This document shows, piece by piece, positions 25,706 to 35,756 of a stretch of DNA of 64,000 nt. Source of the stretch: Roseiarcus sp. (GTDB taxonomy: Bacteria; Pseudomonadota; Alphaproteobacteria; Rhizobiales; Beijerinckiaceae); contig NZ_JBEKVH010000012.1 in assembly GCF_049514155.1 (NCBI RefSeq), forward strand, positions 1,316 to 65,315, in the 5' to 3' direction. Each line of letters begins with the position of its first letter. The first letter of the stretch is position 1. The notes under the pieces were generated by a model. That model saw only the letters and a list, made by a program, of their open reading frames with translations. It did no database searches and was not told the origin of the DNA. The translations under genes were made by a program, and so were the position numbers.

Positions 25706-26902
25706 ATGTCCGCCTTCCGCACTCTCGATTCCGCCGACGTCAAAGGAAAGCGCGTCCTGTTACGCGTCGACCTCAACGTTCCTATTGAAAACGGGCGGGT
25801 GACCGATCTCACCCGCATCGAGCGCGTCGCGCCGACGATTCTCGAGATCGCCGACAAGGGCGGCAAAGTCATTCTTATGGCCCATCTGGGCCGTCCCAAG
25901 GGCAAGCCTGATCCGGCGTTCACCCTCAAGCCCGTCGCCGCGGCGGTGGCGGGTGTGGTCAAACGGCCGGTCGCCTTCGCCTCCGATTGCATCGGCGAAC
26001 CGGCCGCCAAGGCGATTGCGGCGATGAAGAACGGCGACATTCTCTGCCTCGAGAACACCCGCTTCTACAAGGCGGAAGAAAAGAACGAGCCGGAGTTCGT
26101 CGCTGAGCTCGCCAAGCTGGGCGACATCTACGTCAACGACGCCTTCTCCGCCGCCCATCGCGCCCATGCCTCCACCGAGGGCCTCGCCCACCACATGCCG
26201 GCCTACGCCGGCCGGGCGATGCAGAAGGAGCTCGACGCGCTGACGCTGGCGCTGAGCTCGCCGATCCGCCCGCTGGCGGCAGTCGTCGGTGGCGCGAAGG
26301 TCTCCGGCAAGCTCGAGCTGCTCGGCAATCTGGTCAAGAAGGTCGACATCCTGATCATCGGCGGCGGCATGGCCAACACGTTCCTGTTTGCCCAGGGCAA
26401 GGCGGTCGGCGCGTCGCTGTGCGAGAAGGATCTCGCCGGCACGGCGCGGGAAATCCTCGCCGCCGCCAAGGCGGCGAACTGCAAGATTCTGCTGCCGGTC
26501 GACGCCAATGTCGCCAAGGAGCTCAAGGCGCAAGCGCCGGCGCGCTTCGTCGACGTCGATCACGTCGGCGACGACGAAATGATCCTCGACATCGGGCCGA
26601 AGTCGATCCTCGCCGTCGAGGACGCCCTCAAGAGCGCGAAGACCCTGGTGTGGAACGGTCCATTTGGCGCCTTCGAGACGCCGCCGTTCGACGCGGCGAC
26701 GATGCAGATCGCCAAGACCGCCGCTTTCTTGACCATCGACAACAAGCTTAAGTCCGTTGCGGGTGGCGGCGACACGGTGGCGGCGCTCAACGCGGCGGGC
26801 GTCGCCGATCAATTCACCTACGTCTCGACCGCCGGCGGCGCCTTCCTCGAGTGGATGGAAGGCAAAGCGCTGCCTGGCGTCGAAGCTTTGCGCGCGAAAT
26901 AA
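25706..26902 (+). CDS. pgk: phosphoglycerate kinase
   Basis: ATG at 25706 (the track start at 25700 is TTG). [19 protein letters not shown] and GGGDT motifs. Confidence 0.95.
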   Translation: MSAFRTLDSADVKGKRVLLRVDLNVPIENGRVTDLTRIERVAPTILEIADKGGKVILMAHLGRPKGKPDPAFTLKPVAAAVAGVVKRPVAFASDCIGEPAAKAIAAMKNGDILCLENTRFYKAEEKNEPEFVAELAKLGDIYVNDAFSAAHRAHASTEGLAHHMPAYAGRAMQKELDALTLALSSPIRPLAAVVGGAKVSGKLELLGNLVKKVDILIIGGGMANTFLFAQGKAVGASLCEKDLAGTAREILAAAKAANCKILLPVDANVAKELKAQAPARFVDVDHVGDDEMILDIGPKSILAVEDALKSAKTLVWNGPFGAFETPPFDAATMQIAKTAAFLTIDNKLKSVAGGGDTVAALNAAGVADQFTYVSTAGGAFLEWMEGKALPGVEALRAK

Positions 26903-26921
26903 GGTCTGGAAGGAAGCACAA

Positions 26922-27989
26922 ATGTCCCGTATCACACTTCGTCAATTGCTGGATCACGCCGCCGAACACGGCTACGGCGTGCCGGCATTCAACATCAACA
27001 ACATGGAGCAGGCGCTGGCGATCGGCGAGGCGGCGAACGCCCTCGAAGCGCCGGTCATCATCCAAGCCTCGCGCGGCGCGCGCTCTTACGCCAACGACAT
27101 CATGCTCCGGCATATGATGGACGCGCTGACCGAAATGTATCCGCAGGTTCCGATCTGCGTGCACCTCGACCACGGCAACGGCCCGGCGACGTGCGTCACG
27201 GCGATCCAGGCCAACTTCACCTCGGTGATGATGGACGGCTCGCTCAAGTCCGACGGCAAAACGCCGGCCGACTGGGCCTATAATGTCGGCGTCACCAAGA
27301 CGGTCGCCGACATCGCCCATCTCGGCGGGGTGTCGGTCGAGGGAGAACTCGGCGTGCTCGGCTCGCTGGAGACCGGCACGGGCGACAAAGAGGATGGCCA
27401 CGGCGCCGAAGGCAAGCTCAGCCACGACCAGCTGCTCACCAACCCAGACGAAGCGGTGAAGTTCGTGCGCGAGACCAAGGTCGACGCGCTCGCCATCGCG
27501 ATGGGCACCTCGCACGGCGCCTACAAGTTTTCGCGCAAGCCGACCGGCGACATCCTCGCGATGACCGTGATCGAGCAAATCAACAAGAAGCTGCCGAACA
27601 CCCACCTCGTCATGCACGGCTCGTCGTCGGTGCCGCAGGATTTGCAGGACATCATCAACAAGTTCGGCGGCAAGATGCCGCAGACCTACGGCGTGCCGAT
27701 CGAAGAGATCCAGCGCGGCATCAAGCACGGCGTGCGTAAGGTCAACATCGACACCGACAACCGCATGGCGATCACCGGCCAGATCCGCCGCGTGTTCCAG
27801 GAGCATCCGGAAGAGTTCGACCCGCGCAAGTACCTGAAGCCGGCCGAAGACGCGATGATCAAGATCTGCAAGCTGCGCTTCGAGCAGTTCGGCACGGCTG
27901 GACAGGCGCCGAAGATCAAGAAGGTCCTTTCGCTCTCCGAGATGGCCAAGCGTTACGCGAGCGGCGAGCTCGACCCCAAGTTCGCTTGA
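26922..27989 (+). CDS. fba: class II fructose-bisphosphate aldolase
   Basis: ATG at 26922. [35 protein letters not shown] and MHGSSSVP motifs. 355 aa. Confidence 0.9.
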   Translation: MSRITLRQLLDHAAEHGYGVPAFNINNMEQALAIGEAANALEAPVIIQASRGARSYANDIMLRHMMDALTEMYPQVPICVHLDHGNGPATCVTAIQANFTSVMMDGSLKSDGKTPADWAYNVGVTKTVADIAHLGGVSVEGELGVLGSLETGTGDKEDGHGAEGKLSHDQLLTNPDEAVKFVRETKVDALAIAMGTSHGAYKFSRKPTGDILAMTVIEQINKKLPNTHLVMHGSSSVPQDLQDIINKFGGKMPQTYGVPIEEIQRGIKHGVRKVNIDTDNRMAITGQIRRVFQEHPEEFDPRKYLKPAEDAMIKICKLRFEQFGTAGQAPKIKKVLSLSEMAKRYASGELDPKFA

Positions 27990-27996
27990 GGGAGGC

Positions 27997-28040
27997 GCGG
28001 CCTCTCTTCCTCAATTGAGGGGAGAGGCCGCGACGTTTTG
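27997..28040 (+). terminator. Rho-independent terminator after fba
   Basis: GCGGCCTCTC (27997-28006), loop, GAGAGGCCGC (28022-28031), then gacgTTTTg. Confidence 0.7.
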
Positions 28041-28055
28041 CCTTCTAGCCTCGGC

Positions 28056-28271
28056 TCAGGCGTCGCGTTTCGACGCCTGGCCGGCGTAGACGATCAGGCC
28101 GGCGCCGATGAGCGCGCCGAACGCGCCGACCGCAATCGCGTCGAGCGCGTCGAAGAGCGCATCGGCGTCAGGACCGCTGGGCAAGCGGAAATAGATAAGA
28201 CAGCCGACGACGACGAAGGCGACGCCGCCGAGCAGCGCGAGTGCGCCGGCGAGTCTCAGCGCCAATTTCAC
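28056..28271 (-). CDS. small two-TM membrane protein (hypothetical)
   Basis: GTG at 28271 preceded by GAGGAA. 71 aa with two hydrophobic helices (LRLAGALALLGGVAFVVVGCLIYF and AIAVGAFGALIGAGLIVYA) and good GC3 bias. The rest of the 252-aa track ORF is Ser/Arg/Ala junk overlapping pirin. Confidence 0.5.
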   Translation of the reverse strand: MKLALRLAGALALLGGVAFVVVGCLIYFRLPSGPDADALFDALDAIAVGAFGALIGAGLIVYAGQASKRDA

Positions 28272-28381
28272 GACTTTTGCGTTCCTCTGATGCGTTGCCG
28301 ACGTCGCCAGAATAGGCCGCCGCGTGAAGGCCGCGGTGCGGCCCGATGTCGCGCAAAGTCGCGAGGTGGCCACGCTATCCG

Positions 28382-28399
28382 CCGTCATTGCAATGACGG
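28382..28399. repeat. perfect 18-bp palindrome CCGTCATTGCAATGACGG
   Basis: Read directly from the sequence. It lies 15 nt downstream of the pirin stop and about 110 nt upstream of the small membrane-protein gene. No U-tract. Confidence 0.6.
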
Positions 28400-28413
28400 G
28401 AAGGAGAGCCGGA

Positions 28414-29346
28414 TCAGGGCGCCGGGATGAATTCGTCGCGATCGTCGGGCGGAAGGTCGAACAGGCCTTTGCCCCAATCGGCCTTGCGCCATTCCTCTTT
28501 GGCCGCCTCGATCCGCTCGCGGCTCGAGGCGACGAAGTTCCACCAGATGTAGCGCGGGCCGCCGAGCGTCGCGCCGCCGAGCAGCAGCAGGCGCGCGCCA
28601 GCTTCGCCCGCGCCGATCGTGATCGGATCGCCGGGACGGAAGACCAGCATGCGGCCCGCTTCGAACGTCTGGCCGGCGACCGTCGCCGCGCCTTCGACGA
28701 TGTAGAGCCCGCGGTCCTCGTGATCGTCCGGCAGGGGCAGGCGCGCGCCTGCGTCGAGCACGGCGTCGACATAGAACGTGTCCGAGAACACGCTGGCGGG
28801 CGCGCGCTCGCCATAGGCGTTTCCGAGGATCACCCTCAGCCGCGCGCCGTCGGCTTCGAGCGTCGGCAGCGCCGCCTTGGCGTGGTGTTCGAAGCTCGGC
28901 GCGGCGTCCTCCTGCGCCTCGGGTAAGGCGACCCAGGTCTGAACGCCAAACAAGCTGTGCGGGCCGCGGCGCGTCTCGGCGCTGGTGCGCTCGGAATGGG
29001 TGACGCCGCGTCCGGCGACCATCCAGTTCAGCGCGCCCGGACGAATGATCTGGTTTGAGCCGAGGCTGTCGCGGTGCTGGAATTCGCCGCGATAGAGGTA
29101 GGTCACGGTCGCCAGGCCGATGTGGGGATGCGGCCGTACGTCGACGCCCTGCCCGGTGACGAATTCGGCCGGGCCCGCCTGGTCGAAGAAGATGAACGGC
29201 CCGACCATCTGCCGCTTCGGCGCGGGCAGGGCCCGCCGCACCTCGAAATTGCCGATGTCGCGGGCGCGCGGCACGATCAGGGTCTCGATCGCGTCGGCGC
29301 CGACGGCGTCGGGGCATCTCGGTTCGAGAGAAGGGTTCCAACTCAT
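28414..29346 (-). CDS. pirin family protein
   Basis: ATG at 29346. 310 aa with HPHIGLATVTYLYRGEFQHRDSLG, the pirin metal-binding His cluster and bicupin layout. Confidence 0.85.
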   Translation of the reverse strand: MSWNPSLEPRCPDAVGADAIETLIVPRARDIGNFEVRRALPAPKRQMVGPFIFFDQAGPAEFVTGQGVDVRPHPHIGLATVTYLYRGEFQHRDSLGSNQIIRPGALNWMVAGRGVTHSERTSAETRRGPHSLFGVQTWVALPEAQEDAAPSFEHHAKAALPTLEADGARLRVILGNAYGERAPASVFSDTFYVDAVLDAGARLPLPDDHEDRGLYIVEGAATVAGQTFEAGRMLVFRPGDPITIGAGEAGARLLLLGGATLGGPRYIWWNFVASSRERIEAAKEEWRKADWGKGLFDLPPDDRDEFIPAP

Positions 29347-29452
29347 GCGCGTCTCCGGCCTCCGTCCCATTCCATATGGGCAAGGCGCCGTCGCGCGCAA
29401 AGCCGAGAAAGCGCGAGTCGGACGGCGTCGAGGTCGAGGACGCGACGTCCGC

Positions 29453-29749
29453 TCAGCCCTTTCGCGCCAGCAATGCGGCGGCGATCGTCGCCCATTCCTC
29501 GACGAGCGGCGCGCGGCTCGCCGGCTTGCTGGCGCGGCGGTACCAGTAGCCGGCGTTGCCGGCGTCGCCCTCTTTGCGGTGGAGATAGGCATGAACCCAA
29601 TCGCCGGCGCCGCCCTCGTCGGCCTGCGCCAACTCATGCGCACGGTCCCAGTCGCCCTTGGCCTCCCACCACAGCGCCTGCAGCGCCTGACCCAGGCCCT
29701 CAGGCGGCGCGGCGACGGCGAGCGAAGCGCGAAAGGCTGCGAGATCCAT
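29453..29749 (-). CDS. conserved hypothetical protein (98 aa, Trp/His-rich helical)
   Basis: ATG at 29749. MDLAAFRASLAV...WWEAKGDWDRAHELAQ...WVHAYLHRKEGDAGNAGYWYRRA, with coding-type GC3. No family name recognised. Confidence 0.55.
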   Translation of the reverse strand: MDLAAFRASLAVAAPPEGLGQALQALWWEAKGDWDRAHELAQADEGGAGDWVHAYLHRKEGDAGNAGYWYRRASKPASRAPLVEEWATIAAALLARKG

Positions 29750-29949
29750 GGCCGGCTCCCGGCGAAGCGGCGACCAAGGTCGCGCGCTTGCGCCGCCAGC
29801 CTTCCCCACCTGGGCGCGATTGTCCAGGCGCGGCGAGCGGACGGCGTCGGCGACGCCGAGGGGAGAGAATCCGACGCTTGATCCGAGGCTCCGCTCGTCG
29901 ACCAGTTTGCAGGAGGCGGTCAAACGTCGCCGACAGGCGTAGGTGTTCC

Positions 29950-30687
29950 TCAGTAGACCTGTGCGGTTGGCCTGAAGAGGATCTCGTTGATGTCGACGTT
30001 CTCCGGCTGGCTCATGGCGAAGACGACCGCACGGGCGAAGGAGTCGGCGGGAATCGCGTTCTCGTAGGTCTTGCGCATCCCCTCGGCGACCACCGGATCG
30101 GTGACGGTGTGAGTCAACTCGGTTGCGACCGCGCCCGGCGAGATGATGGTGGTGCGGATGTTGTAGGGCTTCACCTCCTGCCTCAGCCCTTCGGAGAGTG
30201 CGCGGACCGCGTGTTTGGTCGCGGCGTAAACCGCCCCGCCGGGGCCGACCTTGTGGCCGGCGACCGAGGACACGTTGATGATGTGGCCGCTCTTCTGAGC
30301 GATCATGTGGGGCAGGGCGGCGGCGACGCCGTAGAGCACGCCCTTGATGTTCACGTCGATCATGCGATCCCACTCGTCGACGTGAAGGCGTTCGAGGCGC
30401 GAACTCGGCATGAGGCCGGCGTTGTTGATGATCACGTCGATGCGGCCGTGCGATTGCACCGCGCGATCGACTAGGCGTTTGACCTGATCGCGCACGGTCA
30501 CGTCGGTTTGGACGACGGCGTCGGGCCCAAGCGAAAGTTCCTTCGCCAGCGCCTGCAGCCGGTCGATGCGCCGCGCGCCCAGCACGAGCTTGGCGCCGTT
30601 CTTGGCGAGAAGCCGGGCGGCAGCCTCGCCAAGCCCGCTGCTCGCGCCGGTGATGACGACGACTTTGTTTTCGATGCCTAGCGTCAT
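29950..30687 (-). CDS. SDR family oxidoreductase
   Basis: 245 aa. [14 protein letters not shown] and YAATKHAV (YxxxK). Confidence 0.85.
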   Translation of the reverse strand: MTLGIENKVVVITGASSGLGEAAARLLAKNGAKLVLGARRIDRLQALAKELSLGPDAVVQTDVTVRDQVKRLVDRAVQSHGRIDVIINNAGLMPSSRLERLHVDEWDRMIDVNIKGVLYGVAAALPHMIAQKSGHIINVSSVAGHKVGPGGAVYAATKHAVRALSEGLRQEVKPYNIRTTIISPGAVATELTHTVTDPVVAEGMRKTYENAIPADSFARAVVFAMSQPENVDINEILFRPTAQVY

Positions 30688-30699
30688 TGTTTTTCCCTT

Positions 30700-31119
30700 T
30701 CACAGATCGGAGTGCGGCTCGGCGCGGCCGGCGTACTGAGCATCCGTGACATGCTCCATCCAGTCGACCGCTTTGCCGTCGAGAGACTCCTGGATGGCGA
30801 TATGGGTCATGGCGGTCGTCGGCGAGGCGCCGTGCCAGTGCTTCTCGCCGGGCGCGAACCAGACGACGTCGCCGGGACGGATTTGCTCGATCGGGCCGCC
30901 CTCCCGCTGCGCAAGACCGAAGCCGGCGGTGACGATCAGCGTCTGGCCGAGCGGATGGGTGTGCCAGGCGGTCCGTGCGCTTGGCTCGAAGGTGACGCAG
31001 GCCCCGCCGACGCGGGCCGGGGCGGGGGCGCTGAACAGGGGATCGATTCGAACCGTCCCGGTGAACCAGTCCGAAGGTCCTTTGCCGGACGGCCGCGAGC
31101 CGCCTCGCTTGATTTCCAT
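30700..31119 (-). CDS. cupin domain protein
   Basis: ATG at 31119. 139 aa with [12 protein letters not shown]...[16 protein letters not shown], the two cupin motifs. Confidence 0.8.
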   Translation of the reverse strand: MEIKRGGSRPSGKGPSDWFTGTVRIDPLFSAPAPARVGGACVTFEPSARTAWHTHPLGQTLIVTAGFGLAQREGGPIEQIRPGDVVWFAPGEKHWHGASPTTAMTHIAIQESLDGKAVDWMEHVTDAQYAGRAEPHSDL

Positions 31120-31194
31120 GGTCGAAATCCTTTCAGCCTCCAGGAGACGCCCTTGACGACCCAAACATAGGCTAGAAGCATTGCCGCGATTAGA

Positions 31195-31212
31195 CGCTAT
31201 ATCGAGATAGCG
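31195..31212. promoter_or_regulatory. inverted repeat CGCTAT-atcgag-ATAGCG, candidate LysR-type operator
   Basis: Lies in the 113-bp divergent region between the cupin-SDR operon and the LysR gene. Its AT-rich core between GC arms is typical of LTTR sites. Confidence 0.35.
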
Positions 31213-31232
31213 GCCATATTGGAGATTCATCA

Positions 31233-32126
31233 ATGCGACGCGAGGAGCTAGGCGATCTGACGGCCTTTCTCACCGTCGCCGAGGAACGGAGTTTTACGCG
31301 CGCGGCGGCTCGGCTAGGAACTTCGCAGTCAGCGCTGAGTTATACGGTCCGGCGGTTGGAGGCGAGGCTCGGCATGCGTCTGCTGACCCGCACCACCCGC
31401 AGCGTCTCGGCCACTGAAGCGGGCGAACGTCTGCTCGGCGCGCTCGGCCCGGCGATCAGCGACATCGAGGCCGTGCTCACGGCCTTGAACGAATTTCGGG
31501 ACAAGCCGGCGGGAAGCTTCCGGATCACGGCGGGCCAGCACGCGATCGATACGATCCTCTGGCCCGTCCTGTCGAAGCTGCTCAAGGACTACCCCGACAT
31601 CAAGGTCGAGCTGAACGCGGAATCCGCCCTGACCGATATCGTTGCGGAGCGTTTCGACGCCGGCGTGCGCCTCGGCGAGCAGGTGGAGAAGGACATGATC
31701 GCGGTCCGCATAGCGCCCGACGCCCGCATGATCGTCGCCGCCGCGCCGTCGTGTTTCGAGACCCCTGCCCGACCTGTGACGCCGCGGGAGCTGACCCATT
31801 ACCCCTGCATCAACCTGCGCCTGCTGACTTACGGCGGCTTCTACGCTTGGGAGTTCGCCAAAGACGGCGAGGAGGTCAGGGTTCGCGTCGACGGACAACT
31901 CGCCTTCAACGGCGTCCCCCAGATCCTGGCCGCGGCGCTGGACGGCTACGGCCTGGCCTACCTGCCGGAGGACGTTTGCACGAAGCCCATCGCCGAGGGG
32001 CGGCTCGTCCAAGTTCTCGATGATTGGTGCCCGCGGTTCCCCGGCTATCGCCTCTATTATCCGAGCCGTCGTCAGCCTAGCCCCGCCTTCACGCTGATAC
32101 TGGACGCGCTTCGCTACCGGTCGTAG
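31233..32126 (+). CDS. LysR family transcriptional regulator
   Basis: 297 aa. N-terminal w[38 protein letters not shown] and a C-terminal substrate-binding domain. Divergent from the cupin-SDR genes. Confidence 0.9.
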   Translation: MRREELGDLTAFLTVAEERSFTRAAARLGTSQSALSYTVRRLEARLGMRLLTRTTRSVSATEAGERLLGALGPAISDIEAVLTALNEFRDKPAGSFRITAGQHAIDTILWPVLSKLLKDYPDIKVELNAESALTDIVAERFDAGVRLGEQVEKDMIAVRIAPDARMIVAAAPSCFETPARPVTPRELTHYPCINLRLLTYGGFYAWEFAKDGEEVRVRVDGQLAFNGVPQILAAALDGYGLAYLPEDVCTKPIAEGRLVQVLDDWCPRFPGYRLYYPSRRQPSPAFTLILDALRYRS

Positions 32127-32155
32127 AGCGCCAACGGCGTGAATGGGATAAAACG

Positions 32156-32857
32156 ATGGACGAGCAAAGCGCGCTGGTGCTGTTCTCCGGCGGACAGGAT
32201 TCGACGACGTGTCTGGCCTGGGCGCTCGACCGTTTTGAGCGCGTCGAGACGGTCGGCTTCGACTATCGCCAGCGCAACCGCGTCGAACTCGAAGCGCGCC
32301 CCAAGCTGCGCGCGGCGATCGCGGCGGCGTTTCCGCATTGGCGGCGCAGGCTTGGCGAGGACCATGTCCTCGACCTCGCCGCGCTCGCCGAAATTTCCGA
32401 CAGCGCAATGACGCGCGACGTCGCCATCGCCGCACGCGCCGACGGCCTGCCCAACACCTTCGTGCCCGGCCGCAATCTGGTGTTTCTCACCTTCGCTGCG
32501 GCGCTCGCCTATCGTCGCGGCGCCCGGCGGCTGGTCGCCGGCATGTGCGAGACCGACTATTCGGGCTATCCCGACTGCCGCGACGACGCGATCAAGGCGA
32601 TGCAGGTCGCGCTCAACCTCGGCATGGCGACGCGGCTCGTGGTCGAGACGCCGCTGATGTGGATCGACAAGGCGGCGACGTGGCGGCTTGCGCGCGATCT
32701 CGGCGGCGAAACGCTGGTCGACATCGTGCGCGAAGTGACTCACACCTGCTACGAAGGCGATCGCAGCCGCCGCCACGAATGGGGGTTTGGCTGCGGCCAT
32801 TGTCCCGCCTGCGCGTTGCGCGCCGCCGGCTACGCGGCGTTCCGCGCCGCCGGGTGA
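32156..32857 (+). CDS. queC: 7-cyano-7-deazaguanine synthase
   Basis: 233 aa. [15 protein letters not shown]-loop and a C-terminal Zn-binding Cys cluster CGHCPAC. Confidence 0.9.
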   Translation: MDEQSALVLFSGGQDSTTCLAWALDRFERVETVGFDYRQRNRVELEARPKLRAAIAAAFPHWRRRLGEDHVLDLAALAEISDSAMTRDVAIAARADGLPNTFVPGRNLVFLTFAAALAYRRGARRLVAGMCETDYSGYPDCRDDAIKAMQVALNLGMATRLVVETPLMWIDKAATWRLARDLGGETLVDIVREVTHTCYEGDRSRRHEWGFGCGHCPACALRAAGYAAFRAAG

Positions 32858-32869
32858 AGCGCGCGCGCC

Positions 32870-33592
32870 TCACTCAGGCGCCAGCGCCCAGCTCGCCGAG
32901 ACGGTTTCGGTCAGGGTGATCAGCCCGGGCTCGATCGGCGGCGGTTTCGCCGCGCCGCCGCCCACAGGGCCGCGCGCCAACTCCATGAGCGGTCGGAACG
33001 CCGGCTGCGTCGCGTCGGCGCGGATCGCTTGCAACGGCCCGAGCTTCATCGCCGCGCCGCGCGCGTAAAGCTCGGCGCGATGGGCGGCGTTCTCGACCGC
33101 TTTGGCGCGCAGCGCGTCCTCGCGCGCCTCGCGGTCGGCGACGTCAAAGCTGAGGCCCTGGTAATCGGCGCCATTCTGCACCGCTTGGGCGATCAGCGCG
33201 CCGGCCTTGTCGAGCGGCTGCACCCGCACGGCGATGCGGTTGATCGCCTGATAGGCGGAAACGGCGCGCGTCTGGCCCTGGCTGTCCCATACCGGGTAGA
33301 GCGACAGGCCGACGGTCGCGATGTCCTGGGCCGCGATTCCGGCGCTCTTCAGTCCAGCGACCACCGCCTCGGCGCGGCGCGCGTTCTCGTTGGAAGCTTC
33401 GGCGACGGTCGGCTTCTCGACTTCTATTGAAAGGCTGATCGTCGCGACGTCGGGCTTGGCGTCCTCGCTCGCCTGGCCGACGACGGCGACGGTCGGCGGC
33501 GCGCCCGCGGCCACGGGTGCGCGCTCCTCGGCGGCGGCAGTGGCCGCGACGAAGACGAGGGCGGCGGCGAGCGGGACGGGGACGGCGTTCAT
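32870..33592 (-). CDS. SIMPL domain (DUF541, BP26-like) periplasmic protein
   Basis: 240 aa with a signal peptide. The repeated alpha/beta pattern and the C-terminal segment IEPGLITLTETVSASW fit SIMPL proteins. Confidence 0.7.
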   Translation of the reverse strand: MNAVPVPLAAALVFVAATAAAEERAPVAAGAPPTVAVVGQASEDAKPDVATISLSIEVEKPTVAEASNENARRAEAVVAGLKSAGIAAQDIATVGLSLYPVWDSQGQTRAVSAYQAINRIAVRVQPLDKAGALIAQAVQNGADYQGLSFDVADREAREDALRAKAVENAAHRAELYARGAAMKLGPLQAIRADATQPAFRPLMELARGPVGGGAAKPPPIEPGLITLTETVSASWALAPE

Positions 33593-33754
33593 TGGTTTCC
33601 TCCCGCGCCGGAGCGAGACCGGAGTCGGCTTACGCAGCGGCGGCGCGGCCCGCGGCGCGCGAAGGACCCATTTTCTAACCGAGTCTTAACCCTAACAACC
33701 CCTAATGGACGGCGCAGCCGCGCCTGCGGTCGGTGCGGCCGGAGTTTCGTTGAC

Positions 33755-33780
33755 GCCCATAGCAGCCCATGATAGCCCAT
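33755..33780 (+). promoter_or_regulatory. three phased GCCCAT direct repeats (TGGGC on the other strand), candidate MraZ operator at the dcw promoter
   Basis: GCCCAT at 33755-33760, 33765-33770 and 33775-33780 gives an exact 10-bp periodicity. The repeats start at the last base of a TTGACG -35-like hexamer (33750-33755), about 100 nt upstream of mraZ. Confidence 0.5.
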
Positions 33781-33877
33781 GAAATCCCGCATGAAGGCCG
33801 CTGCGCGCGGTCGGCGGCGCGCTGGAGCGCGCCGGCCCCGGCTATGGCCGGACTCGGCCTCGCGGGAGGGCGGGCCC

Positions 33878-34342
33878 ATGGATCTCTTCCTCTCGCACTT
33901 CGTCAACCGCTTCGACGCCAAGGGGCGCATCTCGGTTCCGGCGCCATTTCGGGCGGTTCTGGTCAAGGACGGGTTCGACGGGCTGTTCGTTCAGCCCGCG
34001 CTCGACGCGCCGGCGCTCGATTGCGGCGGCAAAGCGCTGCTCAAGGAAATCGACGCGCTGCTCGAATCGAAACCGCCTTACTCGCGCGAGCGCGAAGACC
34101 TGGCGACGGCGCTGCTCGGCGCGAGCGAGATCCTGCGCCTCGATTCCGAGGGACGCATCGTCCTGGGCGATCGCCTGCGCGCCACCTTGGCGCTGACCGA
34201 CGAAGCAGCCCTCGTCGGCCAGGGCCACAAGTTTCAGATCTGGGAGCCGTCGCGCTTCGCCACGCATCTCGAGGAGGCCAAGGCTCGGGTGCGGCGGCTG
34301 CGGGCGGAACTCGGCGTCAAGGCGAAGGAGGCGGGCGCATGA
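33878..34342 (+). CDS. mraZ: transcriptional regulator MraZ
   Basis: ATG at 33878 after [21 protein letters not shown] and [12 protein letters not shown] are the two SpoVT/AbrB-like repeats. Confidence 0.9.
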   Translation: MDLFLSHFVNRFDAKGRISVPAPFRAVLVKDGFDGLFVQPALDAPALDCGGKALLKEIDALLESKPPYSREREDLATALLGASEILRLDSEGRIVLGDRLRATLALTDEAALVGQGHKFQIWEPSRFATHLEEAKARVRRLRAELGVKAKEAGA

Positions 34343-35373
34343 CAGCGGGCCGCGGCGAAGACAGGATCGCCGCCGGCGGACCGGCCCGCCATATTCCCGT
34401 GCTCCTCGCTGAGACCTTCGGCGCGCTGGCGCCGCGTCCCGGCGGCGTCGCCGTCGACGGCACCTTCGGCGCCGGCGGATATTCGCGCGCGCTGCTCGAA
34501 GCCGGCGCGCGCGTCGTTGCGATCGACCGCGATCCCGCGGCGATCGCCGGCGGGGCGCCGCTCGTCGCCGAATTCGCCGGCCGGCTGACGCTGGTCGAGG
34601 GCCGCTTCGCCGAGCTCGACGCGATCGCCCGCGGCTGCGGCTTCGCCGTCGTCGACGGCGTCGCGCTCGACGTCGGCGTCTCGTCGATGCAGCTCGACGA
34701 GGCCGAGCGAGGCTTCTCGCTACGTCGCGACGCGCCGCTCGACATGCGCATGGAAGGCAAGGGCCGCAGCGCCGCTGACGTCCTGCGCGAGGACGACGAA
34801 GCGACAATCGCCGATATCCTGTTCTACTTCGGCGAGGAGCGCGCCGCGCGCCGCATCGCCCGCGCGATCGTCGCCGACCGCAAGACGTCGCCCTATGTCT
34901 CGACGCTCCAACTCGCCGAAATGATCGCCCGCGTCGCGCCGGCGCGGCCGGGCGAAGCGACCCATCCGGCGACGCGCGCCTTCCAGGCGTTGCGCATTGC
35001 GGTCAATGACGAGCTCGGCCAACTGCTCGGCGGCCTCGAAGCGGCCGAGCGGATTCTCTCGCCGGGCGGCCGGCTCGCGGTCGTTACGTTCCATTCGCTC
35101 GAGGATCGCATCGTCAAGCAGTTCTTCGCCCGGCGCGGCGGGCGGGGCCGCGCCGCTTCGCGCCTGTTGCCGGGCGAGCCGGCGCCGCCGCCCGCGACCT
35201 TCCGCCTCGCCGGGGGACAGCCGGTCACGCCGGGCGCCGCGGAGCTCGCCGCCAATCCGCGCGCCCGTTCGGCCAAGCTGCGCTTCGCCGAGCGCGCCGA
35301 TGTCCCGCCGCAGGGGCGCGACGTCGCCATCGAGGCGCTGACAAGGCCGCCGCAGCGACCGGGGAGGGGCTGA
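34339..35373 (+). CDS. rsmH: 16S rRNA (cytosine1402-N4)-methyltransferase
   Basis: The ATG overlaps the mraZ stop (ATGA). [32 protein letters not shown] and [10 protein letters not shown] motifs. Confidence 0.9.
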   Translation: MTAGRGEDRIAAGGPARHIPVLLAETFGALAPRPGGVAVDGTFGAGGYSRALLEAGARVVAIDRDPAAIAGGAPLVAEFAGRLTLVEGRFAELDAIARGCGFAVVDGVALDVGVSSMQLDEAERGFSLRRDAPLDMRMEGKGRSAADVLREDDEATIADILFYFGEERAARRIARAIVADRKTSPYVSTLQLAEMIARVAPARPGEATHPATRAFQALRIAVNDELGQLLGGLEAAERILSPGGRLAVVTFHSLEDRIVKQFFARRGGRGRAASRLLPGEPAPPPATFRLAGGQPVTPGAAELAANPRARSAKLRFAERADVPPQGRDVAIEALTRPPQRPGRG

Positions 35374-35753
35374 TGTGGCGCCTGTTGCACGTCTTCGCCA
35401 TCGCCGCGCTGATCGGTTCGGCGGCATACGTCTATTCGGTCAAGTACCAGACGATCTACGCCTCCGAGCAGATCGTCAAAACGCGTCACCAGATCGCCAG
35501 GGAGCGCGACGCAATCAATCTGCTGCGCGCCGAATTCGCCCATCTGACGCGCCCCGATCGCTTGCAGGCGCTCGCCGACGCGCAGCTCGACATGCAGCCG
35601 CTGGCGCTCAACCAGATCGTCAAGGCCGACGACTTACCCGACCAGGCCCCGAAGGTCGACTCGATTGGCCGCAAGCTCGAGTCGCTCGGCCTGCTGGGCG
35701 AATCGGCGACGCCGAGCGCCGGCGTCACCGGCGCAACGCCGGCGGTGAGGTAG
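35373..35753 (+). CDS. ftsL: cell division protein FtsL (alphaproteobacterial type)
   Basis: 126 aa with a single N-terminal TM helix followed by a coiled coil. Sits between rsmH and ftsI, and its ATG shares one base with the rsmH stop (TGATG). Confidence 0.75.
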   Translation: MWRLLHVFAIAALIGSAAYVYSVKYQTIYASEQIVKTRHQIARERDAINLLRAEFAHLTRPDRLQALADAQLDMQPLALNQIVKADDLPDQAPKVDSIGRKLESLGLLGESATPSAGVTGATPAVR

Positions 35754-35756
35754 GTC

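Noticed and set aside
28272-28814. Upstream part of the 252-aa minus-strand ORF 28056-28814
   Set aside because: The Ser/Arg/Ala/Thr-rich translation overlaps the pirin gene in another frame. Only the last 71 codons (two TM helices, own SD and GTG) look real.
32127-32155. preQ1 riboswitch upstream of queC
   Set aside because: Only 29 nt separate the LysR stop from the queC ATG. That is too short for the aptamer, and no characteristic hairpin is seen.
33755-33780. Short phased repeats as a possible CRISPR or tandem-repeat array
   Set aside because: There are only three 6-bp units at 10-bp spacing and no cas genes. Position and periodicity fit a transcription-factor operator instead.
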